The position numbers and the translations under genes are program-made. From a virus (lineage: Duplodnaviria > Caudoviricetes), in the IMG/VR virus record IMGVR_UViG_3300021408_000060, positions 1-38,187 of that record: a stretch of DNA of 38,187 nucleotides; one strand, written 5' to 3'. Below are positions 18,272 through 27,315 of this stretch, piece by piece; positions within the stretch are counted from its first letter, which is position 1; each line of letters starts with the position of its first letter. Under the pieces are notes generated by a model that was not told the origin of the DNA, did not search any database, and saw nothing but the letters and a program-made list of their open reading frames with translations.

Positions 18272-18796
18272 CTAAGACAAGTTTGATGTCCTTGTTCTGA
18301 ATGCAATCGCGACCTTTCCTGGATTGTCTGTAATGTCCATTGCTTGGATCACTACACCGTTTGCTGCTGAGTCAGATGCAAGTACAGAATATGTACCTGC
18401 GTTCAACTGTGACGTACCGATTGTTGCTGAGTTCTGAAGCAATACTCGTTTACCTACCAATGCATCGTACTCCGCTTGAGTATCCCATGATGCTGCTGTA
18501 GCTGGGCTAATCAAATATGTAATATCTGATTGGATCGGCAACACATTCACCGTTCCTGCTGCTGTTAACGTATTTGTTGAGTTTGTTGTTGCAACTCCAA
18601 CAAAAAGTCCTTCAACACCAGATGTACCTACGACTGGGGTTGATGTCAAACTTGGCTGTACAACAACTGCACCAACCGCTCTATTTTGTACTGGTTCACC
18701 AGCAAGAATAGCTGTACCAGCAGCGACATTGTATAGTCGTCCACCACGTCCACCCATATTGTTTGGTTCCAATATTGTCAAATCTCCTAATGCCAT
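18272..18796 (-). CDS. Capsid cement/decoration protein
   Basis: 'AILAGEPV' and 'FVGVA' pattern; located between scaffold and MCP. Confidence 0.6.
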   Translation of the reverse strand: MALGDLTILEPNNMGGRGGRLYNVAAGTAILAGEPVQNRAVGAVVVQPSLTSTPVVGTSGVEGLFVGVATTNSTNTLTAAGTVNVLPIQSDITYLISPATAASWDTQAEYDALVGKRVLLQNSATIGTSQLNAGTYSVLASDSAANGVVIQAMDITDNPGKVAIAFRTRTSNLS

Positions 18797-18839
18797 GTTT
18801 TTATTGGTTAAACTTTAATAAATCTAACCCTTTCAAACA

Positions 18840-19334
18840 TTACCGATTTTTCAAAAGATTTTTCTTATAGTTCGCTATCCATTTGTCATCCTTGCCCATT
18901 GCTTTAAAGGAAGCCATTTGTTCAGGAGATATAATAGTATCTTTAACACCTTGACCCTCTGTATGAGTAGTCGTCGATGCCGGAATATCAGTCCTATTTA
19001 ATTGAGCTAGTTTGAGTTCCTTATTTTCCTTGGCGAGTTTCTTTAGAAGAACTTCTTTTTCTGTATCAATCTTGGAGATATTAGCTTCCGCCATTTCTTC
19101 CCGAGCAATACGTCTAAATTTTTCTTCATCAGTTTCGTCAAGATCAGGTTCTCGATTTTTTGCTTTCTCTTTGAGATATGCCGCCTTATAGTTGGCTTCT
19201 CTCTCAAGAATAGTTGCTTTCTCTGCTTCAAGAGCGGCAACTTTCGCTTCTGCATCTTCAGAGGGTGCAATCTCTTTTCCCTCCGTAGGAATGACCGGCG
19301 GCGTTACTTCAGTTCCTTTTTTTTCTTTATCCAT
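18840..19334 (-). CDS. Capsid scaffolding protein
   Basis: E/K/A-rich coiled coil, flexible linker, C-terminal helix-turn-helix (SPEQMASFKAMGKDDKWIANYKK); upstream of cement and MCP. Confidence 0.7.
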   Translation of the reverse strand: MDKEKKGTEVTPPVIPTEGKEIAPSEDAEAKVAALEAEKATILEREANYKAAYLKEKAKNREPDLDETDEEKFRRIAREEMAEANISKIDTEKEVLLKKLAKENKELKLAQLNRTDIPASTTTHTEGQGVKDTIISPEQMASFKAMGKDDKWIANYKKNLLKNR

Positions 19335-19381
19335 ATTTTTCTCAAACTATTTTGGTGAGTACAGTTAACTCGATTATGTAT

Positions 19382-19403
19382 AAAAAAACACTCGTTAGAG
19401 TGC
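19382..19403 (-). terminator. Intrinsic terminator inside the scaffold leader (conditional)
   Basis: GCACUC-UAAC-GAGUG followed by U7 on the minus strand. Confidence 0.55.
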
Positions 19404-19510
19404 TTAGTAGGACGGTTGAGATACTTTTGCGAAAACGGGCGTAATCACAAGGCACATCAAACATCCAACTAAGAACTCTAAATGTTTGTTGCCCGTTTAT
19501 GTCAATTTAC
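19382..19510 (-). ncRNA. Structured 5' leader (attenuator-like) of the scaffold-capsid operon
   Basis: Long hairpin 19395-19481 overlaps the terminator; alternative helices AAACGGGC/GCCCGUUU and CAAACAU/AUGUUUG. Confidence 0.6.
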
Positions 19511-19518
19511 ATATTTTT

Positions 19519-19548
19519 ATTATACCACAATGCCTTTTATTTACACAA
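19519..19548 (-). promoter_or_regulatory. Promoter TTGTGT-18-TATAAT (extended TGTGG) for the head operon
   Basis: Consensus elements directly upstream of the structured leader. Confidence 0.65.
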
Positions 19549-19549
19549 G

Positions 19550-20050
19550 TCAAGCAGTCTTTTTCAGTATGTAACTTTTAAACACGTCAATAATACTTCT
19601 TTGAGACGCAAGTGTATATAAAATTGACCGCCCTTTTGCCATGTCTACAAGGTTCTCTCCATTCACAAACATTGCCTGTTCAGCCAGTTTTTTAGGAGTT
19701 TCCGATATTATCTGCCACAAATCAGAGGCAAGAAAATACTCCGCCTCAGACCTTAGACTTGCAAGTCTTCCCTCATCAATTCGCTCACCACCAATAAACA
19801 CAAAGCCCTTTGTCTTATCCCACGTCACCACTTTATTAAGATCAACAGGACTTAAAAGTGTCGATAGTTTCTCTTTTGCCAACTCTTCCACTCGTTTATC
19901 CAAGTCATCAGCCATTGATTCCAGCACATCCTTTTGAGCAAGACTAAATGCCTTTACACGCTCCTCTTGTCGTGCTTTTTCAATAAGAACTTTAAAGGAA
20001 TTGATAACAAACTGACGATCGAGAATAAATTGCTTGATTTTATCTATCAT
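19550..20050 (-). CDS. Hypothetical protein
   Basis: 166-aa ORF in operon orientation with ATAG/ATGA-type overlap. Confidence 0.75.
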   Translation of the reverse strand: MIDKIKQFILDRQFVINSFKVLIEKARQEERVKAFSLAQKDVLESMADDLDKRVEELAKEKLSTLLSPVDLNKVVTWDKTKGFVFIGGERIDEGRLASLRSEAEYFLASDLWQIISETPKKLAEQAMFVNGENLVDMAKGRSILYTLASQRSIIDVFKSYILKKTA

Positions 20051-20349
20051 TCTACTTCTGTTTTAGGCATACCATTTTTTGCAATAAATGCTTTAGTTTC
20101 AGCCTCCATGATGGAGGCTTCGTCCATTACAGGTGGAGTATATGAAGTTTTAAATCCATTATCTAAAATTGCCTTAGCCTCTTCATCTCTATTCTGAAAT
20201 GGGACTACTTCCTCTTCCAAACTTGCCTCAATCAGTCCACGAATATAGTCTAGGCGTGGTGACTCTTTGTTTATTTCTTCGAGGATTTTAGAAAGGATTT
20301 TCTTCATTTGGTCGTGCTTCTTCTGGTCTCGCGATATATTTCGACCCAT
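20047..20349 (-). CDS. Hypothetical protein (true start may be the internal MKKIL near 20307)
   Basis: ORF in operon orientation; overlaps the upstream ORF. Confidence 0.6.
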   Translation of the reverse strand: MGRNISRDQKKHDQMKKILSKILEEINKESPRLDYIRGLIEASLEEEVVPFQNRDEEAKAILDNGFKTSYTPPVMDEASIMEAETKAFIAKNGMPKTEVE

Positions 20350-20470
20350 CTTCTCGTTCTATCACCCATCTATTATGTCCTTCAACATTAGTAAGTTCCG
20401 CCTTACCTCCTTGTGCGTCTATAAACGCTTTGAATGCGAGACTATCTCCTTCGATGTATATTGTTTCCAT
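20288..20470 (-). CDS. Hypothetical protein (60 aa)
   Basis: Starts 1 nt after the upstream stop; plausible composition. Confidence 0.6.
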   Translation of the reverse strand: METIYIEGDSLAFKAFIDAQGGKAELTNVEGHNRWVIEREDGSKYIARPEEARPNEENPF

Positions 20471-20471
20471 A

Positions 20472-20726
20472 TTATTCTTTTGCTAATCTAGCCTGTTGAT
20501 CTTTCTGAAACGGCATCCAATCCCATTGACCGCCGCTCTGACCTTGCTTTACATTTTTATTAAAGAACAATCCCTCTGGATTAAATACACAGAGACTGAC
20601 CACTCCGTTTTCTACATCAATCACTTCTGTGATTGTAGCCGAGCGGTCAACTGATGGATATTCTCCTCCTGGAGTTCCATAAGATTTGTAATACACCATT
20701 CTACCTACTGTTGGTTTTATTTCCAT
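20472..20726 (-). CDS. Conserved phage hypothetical protein (SH3-like, PTVGRMVYY motif)
   Basis: 'KPTVGRMVYY...ATITEV...SLCVFNP.G.FF...W.W' pattern. Confidence 0.75.
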   Translation of the reverse strand: MEIKPTVGRMVYYKSYGTPGGEYPSVDRSATITEVIDVENGVVSLCVFNPEGLFFNKNVKQGQSGGQWDWMPFQKDQQARLAKE

Positions 20727-20727
20727 A

Positions 20728-20898
20728 TTATTTCATTAATTTAGCTGTAAATACTTTTGAATAATCCTCTTTTTTTGCTTTTTTCATATATTTAACCTGT
20801 TTTTCTAGCCAATCAACAAGTCTTCGATATGTAACACTTTTCATTTCTGGTAACCCGTAAACTACTAACCTTGCATGATAATCTCTTGGTTTTTCCAT
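20728..20898 (-). CDS. 56-aa hypothetical protein
   Basis: MEKPRDYHARLVVYGLPEM...FTAKLMK*; exactly fills the gap between ORFs. Confidence 0.65.
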   Translation of the reverse strand: MEKPRDYHARLVVYGLPEMKSVTYRRLVDWLEKQVKYMKKAKKEDYSKVFTAKLMK

Positions 20899-21327
20899 TT
20901 ATAATTCATCAATCCACTTAGTTTTTAATGTATCAAGCGACCTTTCTTTCAACTCTTCATTTGTGAACAGCTGAATTTCTTGACGCATACCTTCAAACAG
21001 AGATTTTGCATCAAATACAGACTTATCTTCAAAGAGTTTCATTAGTTCAACCAGTTCAGCATATTTTTCATCTTTAGGGTCTAATTTAGATATAATATCA
21101 AGTTCACCAAACATCTTAGTCTTCATAAATCCAAGAAATATCTCCATCATCACAGTGTTTATCGATCCGAGGAAGGATATTGCATCATCAATGTTCTTAC
21201 TTGCCTTACACAACGCAGGATAGAACACCTCACGAGTAAATTTCATCTTTTCTACCCAATCTTTATTGTTCTTAAGGTCAACAATTAACTCTGCTTTAGT
21301 TTTATGTACTTGTTTTGGTTTTTTCAT
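20899..21327 (-). CDS. Hypothetical protein
   Basis: 142-aa helical ORF in operon orientation. Confidence 0.75.
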   Translation of the reverse strand: MKKPKQVHKTKAELIVDLKNNKDWVEKMKFTREVFYPALCKASKNIDDAISFLGSINTVMMEIFLGFMKTKMFGELDIISKLDPKDEKYAELVELMKLFEDKSVFDAKSLFEGMRQEIQLFTNEELKERSLDTLKTKWIDEL

Positions 21328-21334
21328 ATGCCCG

Positions 21335-21721
21335 TTATTTTGCTTTAGATTTTCGTCCTGGTTTCTTTTTAATAGGTTTTGCTTCTTTTGACTGAAGAAT
21401 TCTATCTACTATTTCCTCTCCATGTTCTACTATTTCCTCTCCATGTTCTACTATTTTCTTAGCAACTAAAGATGCTCTGCTTTCCACTGTATCAATCAAT
21501 GTTTTAAACAAGATAGTAATATCTGTCTCTGTACTATTCAAATAATTTTGCATCGGGATAACCTTGATCGCTTCTTCAACATCTTTAACATTATAACCAT
21601 CATCTAACACTTGATCATTTGCTACATGTGTTGAACGTAACTTAGGAATGTTCATTGCTGCTGCAATCTTCATTCGAGTGCTCAGTGGGAGAGACATCCA
21701 TTGGTGATAAGGAATAGCCAT
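21335..21721 (-). CDS. Hypothetical protein with basic tail (KKKPGRKSK)
   Basis: 128-aa ORF with a leaderless promoter upstream. Confidence 0.75.
   Translation of the reverse strand: MAIPYHQWMSLPLSTRMKIAAAMNIPKLRSTHVANDQVLDDGYNVKDVEEAIKVIPMQNYLNSTETDITILFKTLIDTVESRASLVAKKIVEHGEEIVEHGEEIVDRILQSKEAKPIKKKPGRKSKAK
21405..21456. repeat. In-frame 21-bp tandem duplication (IVEHGEE x2)
   Basis: TCTACTATTTCCTCTCCATGT x2 plus a partial copy. Confidence 0.85.
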
Positions 21722-21727
21722 GAGTGT

Positions 21728-21781
21728 ATTATATTACTTCTTTCCTAAACTAGCAAGAGCATTTGGTTGCCCTGTGGATAA
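21728..21781 (-). promoter_or_regulatory. DnaA box plus promoter TTGCTA-17-TATAAT embedded in the portal 3' end; leaderless
   Basis: TTATCCACA (minus, 21773-21781), -35 at 21751-21756, -10 at 21728-21733, ATG 6 nt later. Confidence 0.7.
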
Positions 21782-23770
21782 CGAACCTTTTTTACTCATA
21801 GAGGCGAGTGGTCCGTTACCGGAATTCGGCATACCTTCTCCACCTTGTTGCATCATCATTTGCTCCGGTGATGGCTGTTTTGCCAAATACTTATCAATAT
21901 TTGATTTCGTACTTGGATTTGATTTCAAGAGCAACTTGCCTGTCTCTTCAGGATCAAAGACAGTAGGTTGGGCGATCATACGATCAAACGCCTCAAGATC
22001 ATACGCTCTCTCCAAATCAGATGACTTAGGACTGAGAACATCTGGCGATATTGTCACCATGTATTGCAACTCTCGAAACATCGTTGGATTCACCTTTGAT
22101 ATTTCCATACCTTTTTTCTTATTCTCCTCAGCAATATCATATGATGCATCGAGATATGACTCCTCTGTGTAATCTGTTTCCAGATTACCATCAAACTCGA
22201 TCTTCTTATTCTTATCCACACCTTTAAGGAAGAATGTTTTATACGTCAATTCAGGGTTGCCTGTAACAGCCGACACTTCAGGAAGAGTTAAATACTGGAG
22301 GATATCTCCCATTCGGAGTTTACCAAAATCTCGCACATGTTTTGCAATCATTTGAATAAACAAACCGAGTACGGTGTTTGCATTTTGCTCAAGACGACTT
22401 ATTTCATAGGCGGTAGTACCACTCTTACTTGCATCTTGACCTGCTTGCAATGGCTCTTGCGATGATTCATTGATAGATTTCTCTACGACAGAAAGTGTTT
22501 CAAGTCCCGATCGGAGATCAGAACCAACATTAATAGCCCTAAGGTCCGCGTCAGGACTAGACAAAGTAGTAACAGCACCAGGAACGATGACGTCAGAAGC
22601 AATGATTTCACCACCCACATTAACCATAGGCTTAAAGATAGCCAAATAAGTACCGTCAATAACCATTTGATAAAGGGTGTTAACAATTTCTGCATCATGT
22701 TGTAATTTAAATGCTAATGATTTGTAATAAAAGAAATGATCGTTAATAAGTTCATATCCAAACTTATCAAATGGATACATTTTATCACCCCGTGGATTCG
22801 GATTATCATGTGATGTAAGCATCACACCATTAACCATAATTATTTTGAGATCAAGGTTCTTATTCCAGTACATAATCTCCTCCACATCCTCCTGGCGCAT
22901 ATTCGGATCATACACATAATAAAACGTTTGATTTGCATCATCATAAACCGTTTGGACACCGGGTCGTACATGCTGAAAATTGTCATAAACCCCATTATAT
23001 TTTGCTTGTGCCTCTGAAAACGAATAAACTTTTCGCCAAATGACGAAACCTTGTTTTTGAAGATCTGGTTCATATACATTTTCAATATAAAATTGTGTTA
23101 CTGGTACAACAACATCCATAAAACATGGATACGCCTCATCACGCATTCGCTTCTCTATCCACTTATCATCTTTTTTCTCTACCTTTACCAACCGTGTTAC
23201 TTCTCCATATTCCGTGTACCCAATAGATGCAGGCGAAGACATTGCAGTTATCACACGAGTGAGTGCTATGTATGGATAGTTTGAAATATCTCCTGACCAC
23301 TCCATCAAATCCTCCATCACATGTGCTGCTTCTTGCTGTTCATCGCTGTTCTCGTTAAATGCGAACACCTTTGGAAAGAGCAAACGTGCTGTTGCATGTG
23401 CTGCAATAGACATACACTTGTTTCGCACCACTGGTCGTATTGCTCGTGAACGCCATGCAGCCTGTGGATTACCTTCATATCCTTCTCCATTGTTCGGTTG
23501 ATATGTGTTAAACGCCATCTGATCACACTGATCACGAGAGACGAGTGAGAGGTCATTAAACTCCACACGAGGCGTGTACATATTGACCGTACTCAATACA
23601 AAATGCTTGAGTATCATAGCCATTACATCCTTTTCCTGTTCAGTCGGATTGTAAACAGCAATCTCAGGCTGTGCTTCACCAACTTTATTCACAGGCTTAC
23701 GCATTAAAACCGCCTCTACTTGTTTAGTACCATCAACTTTTGTTGTATCTTTCGCAGTTACAATTGACAT
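21734..23770 (-). CDS. Portal protein (P22-like)
   Basis: About 680 aa, after TerL; 'TTAYEISRLEQNA' motif and Q/M-rich C-terminal tail. Start set at MSIVT (23770) because 23790-23963 is a separate ORF. Confidence 0.8.
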   Translation of the reverse strand: MSIVTAKDTTKVDGTKQVEAVLMRKPVNKVGEAQPEIAVYNPTEQEKDVMAMILKHFVLSTVNMYTPRVEFNDLSLVSRDQCDQMAFNTYQPNNGEGYEGNPQAAWRSRAIRPVVRNKCMSIAAHATARLLFPKVFAFNENSDEQQEAAHVMEDLMEWSGDISNYPYIALTRVITAMSSPASIGYTEYGEVTRLVKVEKKDDKWIEKRMRDEAYPCFMDVVVPVTQFYIENVYEPDLQKQGFVIWRKVYSFSEAQAKYNGVYDNFQHVRPGVQTVYDDANQTFYYVYDPNMRQEDVEEIMYWNKNLDLKIIMVNGVMLTSHDNPNPRGDKMYPFDKFGYELINDHFFYYKSLAFKLQHDAEIVNTLYQMVIDGTYLAIFKPMVNVGGEIIASDVIVPGAVTTLSSPDADLRAINVGSDLRSGLETLSVVEKSINESSQEPLQAGQDASKSGTTAYEISRLEQNANTVLGLFIQMIAKHVRDFGKLRMGDILQYLTLPEVSAVTGNPELTYKTFFLKGVDKNKKIEFDGNLETDYTEESYLDASYDIAEENKKKGMEISKVNPTMFRELQYMVTISPDVLSPKSSDLERAYDLEAFDRMIAQPTVFDPEETGKLLLKSNPSTKSNIDKYLAKQPSPEQMMMQQGGEGMPNSGNGPLASMSKKGSLSTGQPNALASLGKK
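21799..21823 (+). repeat. 25-bp exact direct repeat, copy 1
   Basis: TAGAGGCGAGTGGTCCGTTACCGGA, identical to 31122-31146. Confidence 0.9.
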
Positions 23771-23789
23771 TATATATGATGCCCGTTTT

Positions 23790-23963
23790 TTATTGCTTAT
23801 TAATAAGCACACATGGATTAACTTTTGACGGATCCTGTACTACTGCATTATTTATTACAACATAATTAACTGGTCTACTCTCTGTTGAGAACGGTGTATT
23901 ATTCAAAGTTACTGTTGTCACTACTCTTGTTGCGGTTGGATTTGTACCTTGTACTATTGTCAT
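23790..23963 (-). CDS. 57-aa hypothetical protein
   Basis: MTIVQGTNPTATRVVTTVTLNN...CVLINKQ*; located between TerL and portal. Confidence 0.55.
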   Translation of the reverse strand: MTIVQGTNPTATRVVTTVTLNNTPFSTESRPVNYVVINNAVVQDPSKVNPCVLINKQ

Positions 23964-23998
23964 GTTTTTCGTAGTTAAGTTTTAATAAAAAAAGTATA

Positions 23999-25321
23999 TC
24001 ACAACCTTTTAGGAATGTATGTAGTTGCAAACTTCTTTGGTGCACTTGTATCACTGACATGCGGGATGTTAGACATCGGCATTGCTGACTGTGCATAGTG
24101 GACGTGGGCATTCATTTGATTCGGATCTTTAATAGAAGCAATCGCATAACGTAATGCGTCCATTGCATGATTATCAAAGTCCTGTGCCTCATTCAATATT
24201 TGATCTGTTTTTTCGTCTGTTATCCACAAGTAGTTGCGGTACTCCTTTATAAGGTTAACTGAACGTTTTGTAACACTTATCTTTTGTTGTTGCACCCATC
24301 CGATACCACGATTTATTGACCCCGGTCCTTTTTGACATGGAAGTATCGTCAAACCATGTAATCGTATTTCATCAATACTTTTAGGCTCTGATTGATCAGC
24401 GATGATTAACGCTTTATCAACATTTTTCAACACTCCGGCAATCCTATCATTGAGCATCCCCTTTTCATATGTAACCTCATCAAGAATATATCCACCATTG
24501 TAGTAATACACAGCCACAATAGCTGTTGGATCATTACTATAACCAAAATCAAGACCATATCTCTCAAGTCGCGCTTCAAAAGGTATTTCATCAACAAACT
24601 GCCAATCTTTATAAATACGAGATTCAATCACTCCAAGTTGTCCCAGTCCATATACAGTCCACCAGTTTTTATTATTCTTATGTGATTCTATTTCTCTAAT
24701 AACAATTTCATCAAGTGCCTCATTATCAAGATAAGTTAACGTAATAAACTCAACATCATCACGATTAGGCAATATCTCTGTATAAAACCAAAACTCTTCT
24801 GACGGGTTCCAATCCATCCACACTATCTCACGAGTACGAGTAATAAGCTGATCGACAATTTTATACTCCAAGTTATTTGCTTCATTTACAAAAAGTACAT
24901 CACGTCTTGGTCCGTGTGCTTTTCCATATGTATCAACAGAATAGAACTCTAATTTATTTCCTGTTTCAAATGTATAGGTATGTTTAGTTTGATTCCATAA
25001 ATTCTCATTCCAGTATCCCCTATCTTTCATTATATTCTGGAAATCAAGTATCGCTCCTTTTTCAAGATGTGGATGCGACTCAGATACAACAGAACAAAGT
25101 TTATCTCTCTCTTGTTTCGTCTGACAATAATCAATAAGCCATACTAATATTGAGATTGTTTTAGATGCAGATGTACCACCGGCAACAGCACGGATACGTT
25201 TACGAAGTGCAAATACCTTTTTTGTTGCAGTTGTATCAACAAAATTGAAAGGATTTTTTATCCTATCTTCAATATCTTGTAGATGTTGATAGCCTTTATT
25301 TTTCTTTGGACTGAGAACCAT
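23999..25321 (-). CDS. terL: Terminase large subunit (PBSX-like)
   Basis: Walker A 'GGTSASKT', Walker B 'LFVNEAN', 'MDWNP', nuclease motifs 'GLDFGYSNDPTA' and 'DNHAMDALRY'. Confidence 0.95.
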   Translation of the reverse strand: MVLSPKKNKGYQHLQDIEDRIKNPFNFVDTTATKKVFALRKRIRAVAGGTSASKTISILVWLIDYCQTKQERDKLCSVVSESHPHLEKGAILDFQNIMKDRGYWNENLWNQTKHTYTFETGNKLEFYSVDTYGKAHGPRRDVLFVNEANNLEYKIVDQLITRTREIVWMDWNPSEEFWFYTEILPNRDDVEFITLTYLDNEALDEIVIREIESHKNNKNWWTVYGLGQLGVIESRIYKDWQFVDEIPFEARLERYGLDFGYSNDPTAIVAVYYYNGGYILDEVTYEKGMLNDRIAGVLKNVDKALIIADQSEPKSIDEIRLHGLTILPCQKGPGSINRGIGWVQQQKISVTKRSVNLIKEYRNYLWITDEKTDQILNEAQDFDNHAMDALRYAIASIKDPNQMNAHVHYAQSAMPMSNIPHVSDTSAPKKFATTYIPKRL

Positions 25322-25748
25322 AAATAGGTGTTGGTAATGCCTTACCGTCAGATGTTACATCAATCTTATCTCCATATTTCTTTGGTTTCATTTTTGCCAT
25401 GAGCCACTTACGTGTATCAACACGAAGACGAGAACGCTGTAACACTTCATTATTAGGAACTTCTTTAGCATAACCTTTATCAGTGTAGATAGTCATCCAA
25501 TCATTCGTACCGTCATCAGAAATATCAAGTATTTCTTCAGCCATTGCATCTGCACTCTCTTGTTTCGCGCGCGCGTACTGGTCGAGAAATGCTTTCTTTG
25601 TCCGCAACCACATGAACACCGTTGACTTGTCTGGCATATCTTCAGCCAAACATACTGTCCGTAACGAAATACCTTCAGCTAACTGACTACAAATATTATC
25701 GGCTAAATTTTGACTATAAATAGTTGGTCTACCAATTTTTTTAGCCAT
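25296..25748 (-). CDS. terS: Terminase small subunit (Sf6/P22-like)
   Basis: 'GRPTIY...ICSQLAEGISLRTVC...P..STVF.WL' and 'RLRVDTRKWL..K..PKKYGDK'. Confidence 0.9.
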   Translation of the reverse strand: MAKKIGRPTIYSQNLADNICSQLAEGISLRTVCLAEDMPDKSTVFMWLRTKKAFLDQYARAKQESADAMAEEILDISDDGTNDWMTIYTDKGYAKEVPNNEVLQRSRLRVDTRKWLMAKMKPKKYGDKIDVTSDGKALPTPIYGSQSKEK

Positions 25749-25755
25749 AATTTTT

Positions 25756-26127
25756 TCATTTTTTCTCCTTCAATAAATTTCTAATCTCGACCAACATTTC
25801 ATATGTTCCTTGATTGTAGTTAAACGTTTTGATTCCAAAATGTGTACCAAACCGCATACCAAGCCATTCACGTACTTTAGAAACTTTATGAATTGTATAA
25901 TACCCTACTATTGTCAGTATTATAACACATACAACAAATAAACCAATTGCTATAAAATAATTGTCCAGTTTCAAAGCAATATACAAACCAAGTATACCAA
26001 GAAACAAGTTACGAAACTCATTCAATATTCCTAAACCATTTGAACAGTAAAAATACATTCGAATAAGCCAATTCTCTTTGCCTTCCAAGTATTTAGGATC
26101 ATCTTTAAAAAGTTCTTGATGGTTCAT
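25756..26127 (-). CDS. Membrane protein (two TM helices)
   Basis: Two hydrophobic segments; ATGA overlap. Confidence 0.7.
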   Translation of the reverse strand: MNHQELFKDDPKYLEGKENWLIRMYFYCSNGLGILNEFRNLFLGILGLYIALKLDNYFIAIGLFVVCVIILTIVGYYTIHKVSKVREWLGMRFGTHFGIKTFNYNQGTYEMLVEIRNLLKEKK

Positions 26128-26900
26128 ATTGTTACATCTATTCCTTTCACAAAATTATATTCATCCAACATCTTCTTTCTCTCCGCCTCTGTCTTTCCAA
26201 ATGGATTGTAATCAATCCTGCAAAGCATCCAATATTTATCACCATCATCTGGTTGTAATTTCTTAAAATCAACACTCTTCAATGCTTCTCTAAAGCATCT
26301 CTTTACTTTTGGAATAAAAAACGCCCATGATACTAATCGTGCAAACATCTTAAACTTATCACTTGCTTCCTTAAAATCTCTCACACGATTCAACTCAAGC
26401 AATCGTCTCATTTCCTTTCTTGGATATTTATATAACTTAACTGAGTTTGTCTCATTAAACAAATCCTGCAATCTCATGCGATATGCCCAATCATACTCAA
26501 ACACATGACTTATAATTGTCGAAAACTTACTAGCAATTTCATCCTTTACTCCATACAACATCAAAAACTTATATATAAAATCATCTAACTCTTTTGTAAA
26601 CTCCTGTTGATACTTAAATCGTAAAACATACGGACTAATTATCCCCCAACATATTACGTTAAACGATTCGATATTCATAAATATACTAAATCGTTTTACC
26701 AACACCAATATAATTTTTTTTACTGCATTCACTGCAAACAACGCTTCATGTGTTGGCCATCCTTTTTGTGGGTAATCACAACCTTTCAAATATAACTTAA
26801 TCCCTCCACTCTCACAATCTATTCTATCCATCTCCCACACCTGTTTTGTTTCACTTGCAATCTGATCGTTACCAGACTTATTCTCGTATATATCAAACAT
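26124..26900 (-). CDS. Hypothetical protein
   Basis: 258-aa ORF in operon orientation. Confidence 0.75.
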   Translation of the reverse strand: MFDIYENKSGNDQIASETKQVWEMDRIDCESGGIKLYLKGCDYPQKGWPTHEALFAVNAVKKIILVLVKRFSIFMNIESFNVICWGIISPYVLRFKYQQEFTKELDDFIYKFLMLYGVKDEIASKFSTIISHVFEYDWAYRMRLQDLFNETNSVKLYKYPRKEMRRLLELNRVRDFKEASDKFKMFARLVSWAFFIPKVKRCFREALKSVDFKKLQPDDGDKYWMLCRIDYNPFGKTEAERKKMLDEYNFVKGIDVTI

Positions 26901-27039
26901 TTTGTTTCTTTTTTAACTCTCTAGCATTAACCATATTTTTACCATGCTTACTTCTTTGTTCTAGAGTTGTATTCTCCCATCTAGATTTTGCCATTGCACG
27001 TCCAGCAGCACTAACTTCCTTAGATATTTCTTTGTTCAT
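26893..27039 (-). CDS. 48-aa basic helical protein, possible DNA-binding regulator (first late gene)
   Basis: MNKEISKEVSAAGRAMAKSRWENTTLEQRSKHGKNMVNARELKKKQNV*; leaderless promoter upstream. Confidence 0.6.
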   Translation of the reverse strand: MNKEISKEVSAAGRAMAKSRWENTTLEQRSKHGKNMVNARELKKKQNV

Positions 27040-27046
27040 ATCTACT

Positions 27047-27137
27047 ATTATATTACAAGCGCAAGATATTCACAATCATCAAACCAAATAGTTATCCACA
27101 TGTTACATTTGTATTATCTTACGCAAGATGATAGTAT
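27047..27137. promoter_or_regulatory. Divergent late/early promoter pair with central DnaA box and palindromic operator
   Basis: Minus: TTGTGA(27070-75)-17-TATAAT(27047-52). Plus: TTGTAT(27109-14)-17-TAGTAT(27132-37) with extended TG. TTATCCACA at 27092-27100; ATCTTACGCAAGAT at 27116-27129. Confidence 0.7.
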
Positions 27138-27165
27138 GTAAATATAACAGTTAAAAAAACAATTT

Positions 27166-27315
27166 ATGAAAAGCAATTTATACAATGAACTACAACGACA
27201 ACACAGCGACCGCAGAGGAGAGCGCATATGGACAATGACAGCCATTACGCTAGGTGTTGCCTCAATAGCGTATTTCATCATCCATTTTATCAGTTTTTAT
27301 AACTACTCAATATGA
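27166..27315 (+). CDS. 49-aa membrane peptide
   Basis: MKSNLYNELQRQHSDRRGERIWTMTAITLGVASIAYFIIHFISFYNYSI*; ATGA overlap with the next gene. Confidence 0.6.
   Translation: MKSNLYNELQRQHSDRRGERIWTMTAITLGVASIAYFIIHFISFYNYSI

Noticed and set aside
23771-23870. Structured portal leader (GCTTATTAATAAGC palindrome; AAACGGGCA shared with the scaffold leader)
   Set aside because: Most of it lies within a 57-aa ORF (23790-23963); the 9-mer match and AT-rich palindrome are short enough to be chance.
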